NCBI GenBank assembly: GCA_012517815.1 | Contig: JAAYUF010000050.1 | Coordinates: 5,941 to 69,940 of the forward strand | Direction: 5' to 3' | Length of the DNA: 64,000 nucleotides | Origin: Clostridiales bacterium | GTDB taxonomy: Bacteria; Bacillota; Clostridia; Christensenellales; Aristaeellaceae | Shown: positions 55,428 through 64,000 of the stretch, piece after piece | Position numbering within the stretch: position 1 is the first letter of the stretch | Layout: each line of letters begins with the position of its first letter | Position numbers and translations under genes: made by a program | The notes under the pieces: generated by a model | Told to the model about the DNA's origin: nothing | Seen by the model: the letters and a program-made list of their open reading frames with translations, nothing else | Databases searched by the model: none

Positions 55428-56345
55428 TTACTGCACGTTGGTGGCGTCGATCACCTGCACGCCGGTGTCCACGTTCTGCTCGGCCAGGGTCTCGCCCGCC
55501 AGCGCCTTCGCGGCGGACTTCATGCCTTCGTAGCCCATCTTGTAGGGATCCTGCGCCATGGTGCACAGGAGGCTGCCGTCCTTGATCAGGCCCAGGATGG
55601 CGTCGCTCTTGTCAAAGCCGACGCCAACGACGGTGCCGCCGGCTTCCTTGATCGCGTTGCCCACGCCCACGGTGCCGCCTTCGTTGGTGCCGAAGATGCC
55701 CACGCAGCCGTCGGTGATGTAGTTGGCGGCGATCTCCTGAGACTTGGTGGCGTTGCCTTCGCCGTACTGTGTTTCGAGGATTTCGAACTTGGTGCCTTCG
55801 AAAGCCTTGCGGAAGCCGGCTTCGCGCTGCACGGTGGAGGTGGTGGCCGCGTTGACGTTCACGATGCCGATTTTGCCTTCGGTCACGCCGTTGGCGGTCA
55901 GTTTGGCCAGCAACTGCTCACCGGCGGTCTGGCCGGCGTTGGTGTTGTTGGTGGCGAGGGTCTGCAGCGCGGGATAGTTGGCGGCGGAGTCCACGTAGAT
56001 GAACTTCACGCCGTCCTTGGTGAGCTGGTCGATGGTGGCAACCTGGGTATCCGGGCCGTTGGAGGCCAGGAGGATCAGGTCGGCGTTGTTGGCGTAGGCG
56101 TTGTTGATGCACTCGATCTGCGCGGCGTCATCCTTGCCGCTGGTGGGCGCGTCCAACTTGTACTCGATGTCGATGCCCTGCGTTTTGAGTTCGGCAACGG
56201 CATCCTGGCAGCCCTTGTCCACGTTGACCCAATGCTGATCCATCAGGTCCATGGTGATCAGGGTGACCTTCGACGCGGCCAAGGCCATCGACGAGGCAGA
56301 GAGCACGAGCATGAGGCACAGAACCATCGCGAGAACCTTCTTCAT
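55428..56345 (-). CDS. sugar ABC transporter substrate-binding protein
   Basis: Start at ATG 56345 (MKKVLAMVLCLMLVLSASSMALA|AS). PBP type I fold. The track ORF has a 77-codon Arg-rich spurious extension. Confidence 0.88.
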   Translation of the reverse strand: MKKVLAMVLCLMLVLSASSMALAASKVTLITMDLMDQHWVNVDKGCQDAVAELKTQGIDIEYKLDAPTSGKDDAAQIECINNAYANNADLILLASNGPDTQVATIDQLTKDGVKFIYVDSAANYPALQTLATNNTNAGQTAGEQLLAKLTANGVTEGKIGIVNVNAATTSTVQREAGFRKAFEGTKFEILETQYGEGNATKSQEIAANYITDGCVGIFGTNEGGTVGVGNAIKEAGGTVVGVGFDKSDAILGLIKDGSLLCTMAQDPYKMGYEGMKSAAKALAGETLAEQNVDTGVQVIDATNVQ

Positions 56346-56401
56346 GAGTGAGTCCCTCCATTCGTTTATTCTTAAAACGTCCGTTCTATGACGTTTTAAT
56401 G

Positions 56402-57436
56402 CTACTGTTTGGCCGCGACGGCTTCGGCGACCGCGTCGCGGATCCTGCGGGGCCGCTTGCCGCTGCGCACGATCACGTCCGCCAGCACGGAAATGACCAC
56501 GATCACGCCGATGATGATGTTGCGCAGGGCGACCGGGGCGCCTGCCAGCGAAAGGCCGTTCTGCATCACGCCCCATACGCTCGCGCCCACGATGGTGCCC
56601 AGCAGGATGCCCTGCCCGCCCAGCGTGCTCACGCCGCCGATGACGCTGGCGGCCACGGCGTAGAGCTCGTAGCTCAGGCCCGCGTCCATGGTGCCAAGGC
56701 CGCCCGTGGCGCAGGTAATCAACCCCGCGACCCCGGAGCAGAAGGCGCTGACCATGTACGCCTTGATGACCACCTTGGAGATGTTCACGCCGGAAAGCTT
56801 GGCGGCTTCCAGATTGCTGCCCACCGCGTAGATATGGCTTCCCGTGCGGGTTTTGCTTAAGATGAAGTTAAAAACGAGCCACAGCACAATGGCGATGTAC
56901 ACCGTGGAGTAGATGCCCAGGAACTTGCCGTAGTAGAAGAAGTCCCGGAAAGCCATCGCGCCGTCGCCGATGGCGTCGGTGTTCATGTTGTTGTTCACGA
57001 TCTGCGCGATGCCGCGGGCGATGGTCATGGTGCCCAGCGTCGCGATAAAGGGCGGCAGCTTGCAGTTAATCACCAGCACGCCGTTTAGGATGCCTACCGC
57101 CAGGCAGCTGATCAGGGTGATCGCGCTGGCCAGCCAGGGGTCCATGCCCCGGGTCATCAGGGTGGCGGAAATCATGCAGCTCATGCCCAGCACCGAACCG
57201 ATGGAAAGGTCGATGTTGCCGGTGATGAGCACGTAGCTTTGCGCGATGCCGACAATGAGGAACGGTGCGATCTGCCGCATGAGGTTATTCAGGTTGCGCT
57301 GGGAGGTGAAGTTGGGGTTGAGCAGGGCGAACACCGCGCACAGCACAATCAGGCCGATGGTTACCGTGATTACCTGTCCGGCTCCGCGAACGGTCAGTAT
57401 CCGCTTGAGGGGGTTACGTTTCTGGCTGCTTTGCAT
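56402..57436 (-). CDS. sugar ABC transporter permease (RbsC-type)
   Basis: 344 aa. Motifs TGNIDLSIGS and IGGVSTLGGQGILLGTIVG. Confidence 0.9.
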   Translation of the reverse strand: MQSSQKRNPLKRILTVRGAGQVITVTIGLIVLCAVFALLNPNFTSQRNLNNLMRQIAPFLIVGIAQSYVLITGNIDLSIGSVLGMSCMISATLMTRGMDPWLASAITLISCLAVGILNGVLVINCKLPPFIATLGTMTIARGIAQIVNNNMNTDAIGDGAMAFRDFFYYGKFLGIYSTVYIAIVLWLVFNFILSKTRTGSHIYAVGSNLEAAKLSGVNISKVVIKAYMVSAFCSGVAGLITCATGGLGTMDAGLSYELYAVAASVIGGVSTLGGQGILLGTIVGASVWGVMQNGLSLAGAPVALRNIIIGVIVVISVLADVIVRSGKRPRRIRDAVAEAVAAKQ

Positions 57437-57455
57437 GGCTGTTCTCTCCTGTCGT

Positions 57456-58970
57456 TCAAGCTGTCGCGTGGTTGATTTTGGATTCGAAGCGCGTCGCCAG
57501 ATCCATGATCTTTTCCTGGGTCGCCTCGCCGATGGGCAGTTCCCCCGTGATGCGGCCGTCGCACATCACCACGATGCGGTCGCTGATGCCCAAAATCTCA
57601 GGCATTTCGGACGACACGAACAGCACGCCGATGCCCTGGCGCTTCAGCTCGTTCATCAGGTTGTATATTTCCACCTTGGCAGCCACGTCAATGCCGCGCG
57701 TGGGTTCGTCAAACAGCACCATTTTCGAGTGCCGCGCCAGCCATTTCCCCACGACCACCTTTTGCTGGTTGCCGCCCGAAAGGCTCGCCGCGTCCACGTC
57801 CGCGTTGGGCAGCTTGATGCGCAGGTCATGCACGGTCTGGTCCGTCATCGTGCCCTTCTTGCGGCGGTTGACCACCGTAAGCCGGTTGCAGAGTATGTCC
57901 AGATTGGGCAGGGCGATGTTATCCTTAATGCTCAGTTTCACGCACAGACCGTCCCGCTTGCGGTCCTCCGGCACCAGCACGATGCCCGCGCGGATGGAAT
58001 CCTCCGGCCGCCGGATGTTGACATGCTGGCCGCGCAGCCAGATTTCTCCCGACACCTTGGGATCCACCCCAAAGATAGCGCGGGTGGTTTCGGTGCGTCC
58101 GGCGCCCATCAGCCCCGCAATGCCCACGATTTCCCCCTGCCGCACGGAGAGGTTGATATCCCGCACCAGACGTCCGGCGTTCAGGTTTTTCACCTCAAAA
58201 ATGACGTCCCCGGGCTCGCAGTCCACGCGCGGGAACTTTTCCTTGATCTCCCGGCCGACCATGTAGCTGATGATCTCGCGCAGCGACGTGTCCCGGTAGT
58301 TCATGGTGGTGATGTACTGCCCGTCGCGCAGGATGGTCACGCGGTCGGCGATGTACTGCAGCTCCTCCAGCCGGTGGGAGATGTAGATGATGCCGTGCCC
58401 TTCCGCGCGCAGCTTGCGGATGATGGTGAACAGATCGTTGATTTCCTTGGCGGTCAGGGCGCTGGTGGGCTCGTCCATGATCAGCACCTTGGCGTTGGTG
58501 GACAGCGCCTTGGCGATTTCCACCATCTGCTGCTTGGAAAGCTGCAGATCGCCCACGATGGTTTCCGGATCGATATCGATGTTCAGGTGCCTGAGCACCT
58601 CGCCGGCGGCCGCGTTCATCTCGCGGCGGGCCAGACGACCGCCGCGCACGATCTCGCGGCCAAGGAAGATGTTCTCCGCGACGGTAAGGTGCTGGCACAT
58701 GTTCAGTTCCTGATGGATAATGGCGATACCCAGCTCCCGCGCCTTCTGGGGCGTCATGTTTTCCACGGCGTTGCCGTACACCCTGGTGACGCCTTCATCC
58801 TTGGGATAGATGCCGCTGAGGATTTTCATCAGCGTGGATTTGCCCGCGCCGTTTTCGCCAAGCAGGGCCAGCACTTCGCCCGCCTGAAGGTTGAGCTGTA
58901 CGTGATCCAGCGCCTGCACGCCCGGAAAACTCTTACTGACTCCCTGCAGTTCCACCAGATACTCCTGCAT
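57456..58970 (-). CDS. sugar ABC transporter ATP-binding protein (duplicated NBD)
   Basis: 504 aa. Walker A GENGAGKSTLMK and second signature LSGGNQQKVVVGKW. Confidence 0.9.
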   Translation of the reverse strand: MQEYLVELQGVSKSFPGVQALDHVQLNLQAGEVLALLGENGAGKSTLMKILSGIYPKDEGVTRVYGNAVENMTPQKARELGIAIIHQELNMCQHLTVAENIFLGREIVRGGRLARREMNAAAGEVLRHLNIDIDPETIVGDLQLSKQQMVEIAKALSTNAKVLIMDEPTSALTAKEINDLFTIIRKLRAEGHGIIYISHRLEELQYIADRVTILRDGQYITTMNYRDTSLREIISYMVGREIKEKFPRVDCEPGDVIFEVKNLNAGRLVRDINLSVRQGEIVGIAGLMGAGRTETTRAIFGVDPKVSGEIWLRGQHVNIRRPEDSIRAGIVLVPEDRKRDGLCVKLSIKDNIALPNLDILCNRLTVVNRRKKGTMTDQTVHDLRIKLPNADVDAASLSGGNQQKVVVGKWLARHSKMVLFDEPTRGIDVAAKVEIYNLMNELKRQGIGVLFVSSEMPEILGISDRIVVMCDGRITGELPIGEATQEKIMDLATRFESKINHATA

Positions 58971-59040
58971 GCCGTCATCACTCCTGAAGTCTTTCGTCGG
59001 TTGCTATTTCGTTTTTCTAATTTGTCAAACATTTTAACAT

Positions 59041-59069
59041 ATTATAACGAATCGCCTGACACTTGTCAA
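59041..59069 (-). promoter_or_regulatory. consensus promoter of the third ABC transporter operon
   Basis: Minus strand reads TTGACA (59069..59064), a 17-nt spacer, then TATAAT (59046..59041). Confidence 0.7.
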
Positions 59070-59084
59070 GATCGTCCGGTGAAA

Positions 59085-59099
59085 TGCAATCGTTTCCAT
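59085..59099. promoter_or_regulatory. cre-like (CcpA/LacI-type) operator
   Basis: Minus strand ATGGAAACGATTGCA fits the catabolite-responsive element consensus WTGNAANCGNWNNCW at all defined positions. It lies about 16 nt upstream of the -35 box. Confidence 0.4.
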
Positions 59100-59586
59100 T
59101 TTTTGCGGAAGCCTTTTACGTTTCGAAGTCCGGTACGCCCTCCCCCGCGTTGATCCGGCGCGACGAAAGCTTTCCGCTTCGCTCCTCTCCGAGGTTGCGC
59201 GTGTAGGATTGCTTGCCGGACGGATGCCGGCAACGGTCGGCCGCCTGAAGCGTCGCGCTTCGTTCCGCACCCTTCCGGGGCGGGGTAAGCATCCGACGGG
59301 TATCTTGCCTGCGGCCGAGAACCCCTCGCGCAGCAACGGCGGCCGTGTGAAGCACGTTTGCGCGGCCCTTGCGCGCGCCGTTGCGATCCATATGCCGATG
59401 GTGCGACCTCCCTGCCGGATAGCCCGCATTCCCCGGTTTTTACGGCGGTTGGTTCCCTCGCGCCCTTCTGAACCCATCCTACCACAAACCGTCCGGGCCG
59501 GAAACCCCCTGCGCGCCGCTCCGATCCATCCGCGCAACGGAGGGCGGCAGGCGCTGGCCGTTCAGGTTCGGGAAAACCCATCCCTT

Positions 59587-59751
59587 TCGCCCGTCGGCGG
59601 CTTCCTCCGAGGGCGGCTCTCGCCTGTTGGCGGCTTCCTCCGAGGACGGTTCTCGCCCGTTGCCGGCTTCCTCCGAGGACGGTTCTCGCCCGTCGGTAGT
59701 TTCATCCGAGGACGGTTCTCGCCCGTCGGCGGCTTGATACGTTGGCGGCTT
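59587..59751. repeat. 33-bp tandem repeat (4 good copies plus 1 divergent copy; degenerate copies continue to about 59880)
   Basis: Units start at 59587, 59620, 59653, 59686 and 59719, e.g. tcgcccgttgccggcttcctccgaggacggttc. Unit junctions form GACGG-N7-CCGTC inverted repeats. The array is intergenic, immediately 3' of the gene ending at 59884. Confidence 0.85.
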
Positions 59752-59883
59752 CGTTCGCCGGCGGTTGTCGCCCTTCGGCGATCTCATTCATCGGCCGTTA
59801 TCATCCATCGGCGGTTTCAACCCTCGCCGGTTTCATTCGCCGGCGGCTCTCCCCCGTCGGCGGCTTCCCTTCGTCGGCGTCCG

Positions 59884-60957
59884 TCACGACCCGGCGTGCG
59901 TCGGCGGCAGACAGCAGACAGCCTGCAAATGGCCGTCCGATGCCAGCGTCGCCTTGCCCAGCAGGCTGTAGGGAAGGAAGAAGTACGCCCCGCGGCGAAC
60001 CGCCCTCGTCTCGCCCGCCCAACTCAGGATGCCTTCGCCTTCGGTGACGATGTACAGCGCCGGGGCGCGGTCCAGCGTCAGGCAGCCTTGGCCCAGCGTG
60101 TACCGCCAGACGGAGAAGCACGGCGTATCCCGCTCGTCCATCAGGCTTTCCGCCTTGCAGCCGTCCTCCTCCCACAGCGCGCGGGGCGCCCTGCGGGCCA
60201 TGCGGACGGCCTCCGGGCCGGCCAGGGAAAAATCGAAGCAATCCAGCGCCGTATCGGCGTCCAGCCCGACGTACATTTCGGCGTCGGTCAGGTGATAATC
60301 GGCGCACCAGTGCTCCGGCTGGATGGTGAAATCGGTCGGCTCCTGCACCTCCAGCATCAGGCAGCCCGCGCCGATGGCATGCACGCAGCGCGCGGGAATC
60401 AGGTACACTTCACCGGGTTTCACAGGCATGCGGTTGACCAGCGGCACCAGCGCGTCCCGGTCCGTTTCGCTTTGCGCTACCGCTTCGGCAAAGGCTTCCT
60501 TAGTCAACCGCTCGCGGAAACCGAAGTAGATGCAGGCATCCGGTCGGGTTTGCAGCACCAGCCACATTTCCGTTTTCCCAAAGGGGCTGTGGAAATGCCG
60601 GCGGGAGAATTCCGGATCCGGGTGCGCCTGCACAGGCAGGCGAATCGCGCTGTCCAGCGCCTTGACCAACAGCTCAAACCCTTCGCGGGGGCCGAGCAGC
60701 CGGTCGTGTTCCTTCCGTAAAAGCTCCAGAAAGGGGATGTCCGTCCCTTCCACAATGCTGAGCCCTTCGTTGGGGTCGGCGCTGTTTAGGTTCAGCGCGC
60801 GCACCGTAGAGGCGATCCATTCTTCCGGCAGCAGATTGTCCACCGGCTCATCCCCAAAGAAATCGGCAAACAGCTTTCCCCCCGTATAGACGCGCGCCAC
60901 GCGGTTGCGTTTGAAAAAGACAGGCCGGTTTGCCAAAGCTACCCAATCCGTCGGCAT
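59884..60957 (-). CDS. type I phosphomannose-isomerase-like cupin (PMI paralog 2)
   Basis: 357 aa. Motifs EEWIASTV, LPVQAHPD, FGKTEMWLVL, ARCVHAIGAGCLMLEVQEPTDFT. Confidence 0.8.
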   Translation of the reverse strand: MPTDWVALANRPVFFKRNRVARVYTGGKLFADFFGDEPVDNLLPEEWIASTVRALNLNSADPNEGLSIVEGTDIPFLELLRKEHDRLLGPREGFELLVKALDSAIRLPVQAHPDPEFSRRHFHSPFGKTEMWLVLQTRPDACIYFGFRERLTKEAFAEAVAQSETDRDALVPLVNRMPVKPGEVYLIPARCVHAIGAGCLMLEVQEPTDFTIQPEHWCADYHLTDAEMYVGLDADTALDCFDFSLAGPEAVRMARRAPRALWEEDGCKAESLMDERDTPCFSVWRYTLGQGCLTLDRAPALYIVTEGEGILSWAGETRAVRRGAYFFLPYSLLGKATLASDGHLQAVCCLPPTHAGS

Positions 60958-60967
60958 ACAACAATCC

Positions 60968-62338
60968 TTACCCTTCCGCGTTTTGATACGGGATCAGCGC
61001 CTGCGCGTCCTGCGGGGCCGCGTACAGGCCCAGCGTATGCAGCGAGAGCAGCGCCACGCCGTAGGCTGCTTCCTCCTCGTAGAGGGGCACCTGCATGGGC
61101 ATCCCGAAAGCCTCGCTGACGATGCGCCTCAGCAGCAGGTTTTTCCGCAGGCCGTTGCCGGAGCCTACCAGCCTGCGGGCTTCCGCGTGGGCGGGCATGG
61201 CCCGCCAGTAGCCGAGCAGCTCGTCGCAGATGCCGCACAGCACCCCCAGCGTCAGGTGTTCCGGGGTGAACGTATCCAGACCAAGCCCCTGCACGCTCGC
61301 CCGAAGGCTTGCGTCCGCCCGCGTCCCGCACAGGCGGGTATCCACGCGCAGGCCGTTCAGGCGCCCCGGCGCATCGTACAGCGCCTCGGCCGCGGCGTTC
61401 ATCGCCGCGTACAGCGGTCCCGGTTTCACGTTCATCAGGTCGGCCGCGCGCTGGAAAAACCGTTTCAGCGCGGCGTACGCTTCGCCGCCGCACAGGCTGC
61501 AGCCCACGGCCAGCATCCGCCCGCCCAGGTAGGGCCTCGCATCGATGTCCGGGCCGGTTTCGGCGGTGTCGGCGAGCATGGACACCTGCCCGCTTGTGCC
61601 GATGTTGACCAGCACCGCGCCTTCTCCGCTGCCCGAGCCAAAAAACCCGGCCTGATTGTCCCCGATGGCGACCGTGACCGTCTGCCCCAGCGGCGTTTTA
61701 CCCGCGCACACGGGCGCGGTTTCCACAGCGGGCAGCCAGCTTTCGGCAATCCCGGCGGCTTTGAGCATCGGCCGGTCAAACCCGCCGGTCCGCAGGTCGT
61801 AAAGCCCGAAGCCCGCGGCGTTGGTGGCGTGCATGCGGGGCGCGGTTTCCCCCGTCAGGCGCAGGGCGATATAATCGCCGATGGTGCAAAGCTTTGCCGC
61901 GCCGGCCGGTACCGTCCCGTTTTGGAGGTGATGCCAGTGCGTGCAAAACCCGTAGCCCGTCGCCATCGGGTATCCGGTGAGCGCGGAAAGGCGCGCCGCA
62001 TAGCTGACGCCCGTTTCCAGCGGCCGGTTGCCGCGCTCGTCCTGCCAGGTGGCCAGCGGGCTTACGGCCTCGCCGTGCGCGTCCAAGTACAGCATCCCGT
62101 GCATCTGGTTGGAAATCCCGATGCCGGCAACGTCCGGGTACTCGTCTGCCCAGGCGTCCACCAGCGAACGGCAGAGCGTTTCCAGCCTCGCCGGGCTTTG
62201 CAGCCGCTCCCAGGGTTGCGATCCGGGCAGCGCCGCGTCGTTTGGCAGCGTGCGCGATGCGAGCATCCGCCCCGTTTCCGCGTCGACCAGCACACCGCAG
62301 ACGGTGGTGGTGCCGATGTCCAAGCCGATGGTTTTCAT
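60968..62338 (-). CDS. FGGY-family carbohydrate kinase
   Basis: 456 aa. MKTIGLDIGTTTVCGVLVD phosphate-1 loop, GISNQMHGMLYLD, C-terminal GSGNGLRKN. Confidence 0.85.
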   Translation of the reverse strand: MKTIGLDIGTTTVCGVLVDAETGRMLASRTLPNDAALPGSQPWERLQSPARLETLCRSLVDAWADEYPDVAGIGISNQMHGMLYLDAHGEAVSPLATWQDERGNRPLETGVSYAARLSALTGYPMATGYGFCTHWHHLQNGTVPAGAAKLCTIGDYIALRLTGETAPRMHATNAAGFGLYDLRTGGFDRPMLKAAGIAESWLPAVETAPVCAGKTPLGQTVTVAIGDNQAGFFGSGSGEGAVLVNIGTSGQVSMLADTAETGPDIDARPYLGGRMLAVGCSLCGGEAYAALKRFFQRAADLMNVKPGPLYAAMNAAAEALYDAPGRLNGLRVDTRLCGTRADASLRASVQGLGLDTFTPEHLTLGVLCGICDELLGYWRAMPAHAEARRLVGSGNGLRKNLLLRRIVSEAFGMPMQVPLYEEEAAYGVALLSLHTLGLYAAPQDAQALIPYQNAEG

Positions 62339-62351
62339 GCCCGGCCTCCCG

Positions 62352-64000
62352 TCAGCAGGTAGTGGAGCGCAGGTCCAGCCGGGTGATGATATCCTGCTGA
62401 ATCTCCGGGGAGAGGTCCAGAAAGTTGACGAACGTGCCGTGAATGCGCATGATGTACACCCCGTTGGGCGCGTATTTCTTAGGATTGTTCAACACCTTGC
62501 GCAGCATCTCCGGCGTGGTGATGTTCAGGTACAGGTAGAACGGCCCCACGGCTTCCCCGCCGCTAAAGAACAGCGGTTCCATAATCTTGTGCCGGAATTC
62601 CAGCCCCTTCTGGCCGTGCGTGACGCCTCGGAAGTACGCGGGGTCCAGCCCGAAATGGGAGGCGTAGCCGCCGCCGAACTTCTCGTAAGGCAGCCCAAGC
62701 GCGGAAAGCACCCGCAGGCCCAGTCCGTTTTGCGCCTCACCGTACAGGGGATCCACGCCGTAGCCCAGCATGTCGCGCGCCAGCCTGCCGTCGGGCGTCG
62801 CCCCGACCCAATAGCCGTACAGCAGGTGCGTGGACGGGGTGGACCAGTCCGCGCGGAAGGGGTTGCCCAGATAGTTGCGCTGCGCCGTCACAATGTCGGA
62901 GACCCGCGCCGCGACTTCCGCGGCCTCGCGATCCGCCGTAGGGATGTGGTTGCCGAATTTCGGCGCGCGGGACAGGAAATCGCGCAACGCTTCCTGCCCG
63001 GCGAAATTGTCGCGCAGGGCGTCCAGCAGGCGCTGCGCGTCCGCCGGGCGCTCCGCCAGCAAGCTGTCCACGGCGATCAGGCTGTCCGCCACCACGGAAA
63101 GCCCGTGGATCAGGCATCCGCTGCCGTTGTACCGCGTGCCCTGCCGCTTGGGGTCGCGCAGATCGATGCCCGTTTCCTGCCCGCCCATGAAGGCCGACAG
63201 CAAAGGCACCGGCAGGTTGCTCAGCGCCACGGAGGCGCCGTTGGCGGCCTCCGCCATGCGCGCGGCGTAGCGCTCGGCGTTGCGGTAAAACAAATCCCGC
63301 AGGTTGCGCAGCCGTTGGGTCGCGGGCATCCCAGGCGCGATATCTTCGCCCAGGGTTTCCCCGGTGATGAGCGAACGGCCGCCCGTGAGCGTCAGTTCCA
63401 GAATCTTGCCGAGGTTAAGCCAGCTGTTGGTCGTGTTGCCGTTATCCCGCCCCATGATGAGCGGTTCCTGACAGCCGGCCACGGCGTAGTCGGGCAGATC
63501 CTCCGCGCGCACGCCGTGCGCGGCCAGCACCGGGAACAGCGCGTCGTCGTTGAACAGCGAAGGCGTCAGCACGCCCGGGGAGAAGAAGAAGCGGCCCATC
63601 TCCTCGTAGAGCGCGTCCGGCGTATGCGCGTGCAGCTTGACCGACAGGATCGGCTGGGGCATGTTCATGGCGAAATACGCGTCCAGCAGCGCATAGGTGG
63701 TGGGGTTGGTCAGGTCGTTGCCCGCGCCGTCCCGACCGCTGATCAGGATGTTTTGCGAGATGGCCCAGCTGCGGTCCCCCACGTTGAAGAACACCAGAAA
63801 GTGAGCAAGCAGCGCGGCCGTTTCCTCCCGGGAGAGGTTCTCCAGGGCGCGGTAGGGTTCAAAGATGCGGTCCGCGTTGCCCACGGAGAACGCGAAGGGG
63901 TTGGGCGCCTGCTCCAGGCACATCGCCTGCCACAGCAGAAGATAGAGCTGAACGGCGTCCCGAAGGTTCTTGGCGCCGTGACGGGGCGCGGATTCAAGGC
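62352..64000 (-). CDS. glycyl radical enzyme, 5'-truncated by the window edge (C-terminal about 549 codons visible)
   Basis: Glycyl loop YIMRIHGTFVNF (Gly codon 62436..62438). Cys loop AVAGCQEP (Cys codon 63471..63473). Finger GATPDGRLARD. The frame stays open upstream of the track Met to position 64000 (...NLRDAVQLYLLLWQAMCLEQ...). Confidence 0.85.
   Translation of the reverse strand, partial: LESAPRHGAKNLRDAVQLYLLLWQAMCLEQAPNPFAFSVGNADRIFEPYRALENLSREETAALLAHFLVFFNVGDRSWAISQNILISGRDGAGNDLTNPTTYALLDAYFAMNMPQPILSVKLHAHTPDALYEEMGRFFFSPGVLTPSLFNDDALFPVLAAHGVRAEDLPDYAVAGCQEPLIMGRDNGNTTNSWLNLGKILELTLTGGRSLITGETLGEDIAPGMPATQRLRNLRDLFYRNAERYAARMAEAANGASVALSNLPVPLLSAFMGGQETGIDLRDPKRQGTRYNGSGCLIHGLSVVADSLIAVDSLLAERPADAQRLLDALRDNFAGQEALRDFLSRAPKFGNHIPTADREAAEVAARVSDIVTAQRNYLGNPFRADWSTPSTHLLYGYWVGATPDGRLARDMLGYGVDPLYGEAQNGLGLRVLSALGLPYEKFGGGYASHFGLDPAYFRGVTHGQKGLEFRHKIMEPLFFSGGEAVGPFYLYLNITTPEMLRKVLNNPKKYAPNGVYIMRIHGTFVNFLDLSPEIQQDIITRLDLRSTTC

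Noticed and set aside
59479-59787. 102-aa minus-strand ORF with DGREPSSEEA-type 11-aa repeats as a real repeat protein
   Set aside because: There is no convincing Shine-Dalgarno sequence before its start, the composition is low-complexity, the opposite strand is equally open, and the frame is created by the 33-bp DNA repeat itself. I kept it as a DNA repeat finding. Coding is not excluded but is unsupported.
59209-60720. 503-aa plus-strand ORF spanning the repeat array and the PMI2 gene
   Set aside because: It is antisense to a well-supported PMI-like gene. Its N-terminal part is the translated tandem repeat, and it has no motifs.

Overview
GC-rich bacterial chromosomal segment (roughly two-thirds G+C by eye). 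Ribosome-binding sites are strong (GGAGG type) and several promoters are near-consensus TTGACA-N17-TATAAT. I can support about 50 protein genes, almost all on the minus strand, and no rRNA, tRNA, CRISPR array, transposase or integrase. Most content is carbohydrate uptake and catabolism. There are three CUT2-type sugar ABC transporters (1612-6294, 18192-21821, 55428-58970), two of them with LacI regulators. There is a hexuronate locus (uxaC, uxuB, uxuA, TRAP transporter, GntR regulator; 34815-44783), an oxidoreductase/TIM-barrel pair, and a nagB gene followed by a decayed nagA. Other content: a 1041-aa secreted SH3b plus Ig-like repeat protein, a GldA/F/G-like ABC-2 export module with a DUF4340 protein, a membrane GGDEF cyclase, and a selD-yedF-DUF3343-cysteine desulfurase selenium cluster. 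The best candidates for undescribed biology are two divergent glycyl-radical-enzyme (GRE) loci, each paired with a type-I phosphomannose-isomerase-like cupin. The first (28200-33336: activase, a short 735-aa GRE with a non-canonical Cys loop, bicupin, PMI-like) is complete. The second (59884-64000: PMI-like, FGGY kinase, GRE with canonical GCxE) runs off the right edge. A third unusual unit is a ROK-regulated operon (10552-14862) combining GmhA-like isomerase, ROK kinase, HldE-kinase-like PfkB kinase, a deoxyhypusine-synthase-like protein and a HAD phosphatase, with no nucleotidyltransferase. I also see two frameshifted pseudogenes, three tandem repeats (36, 37 and 33 bp) and unusually long GC-rich non-coding spacers. 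All functional calls come from reading motifs in the supplied translations; no database search was possible.
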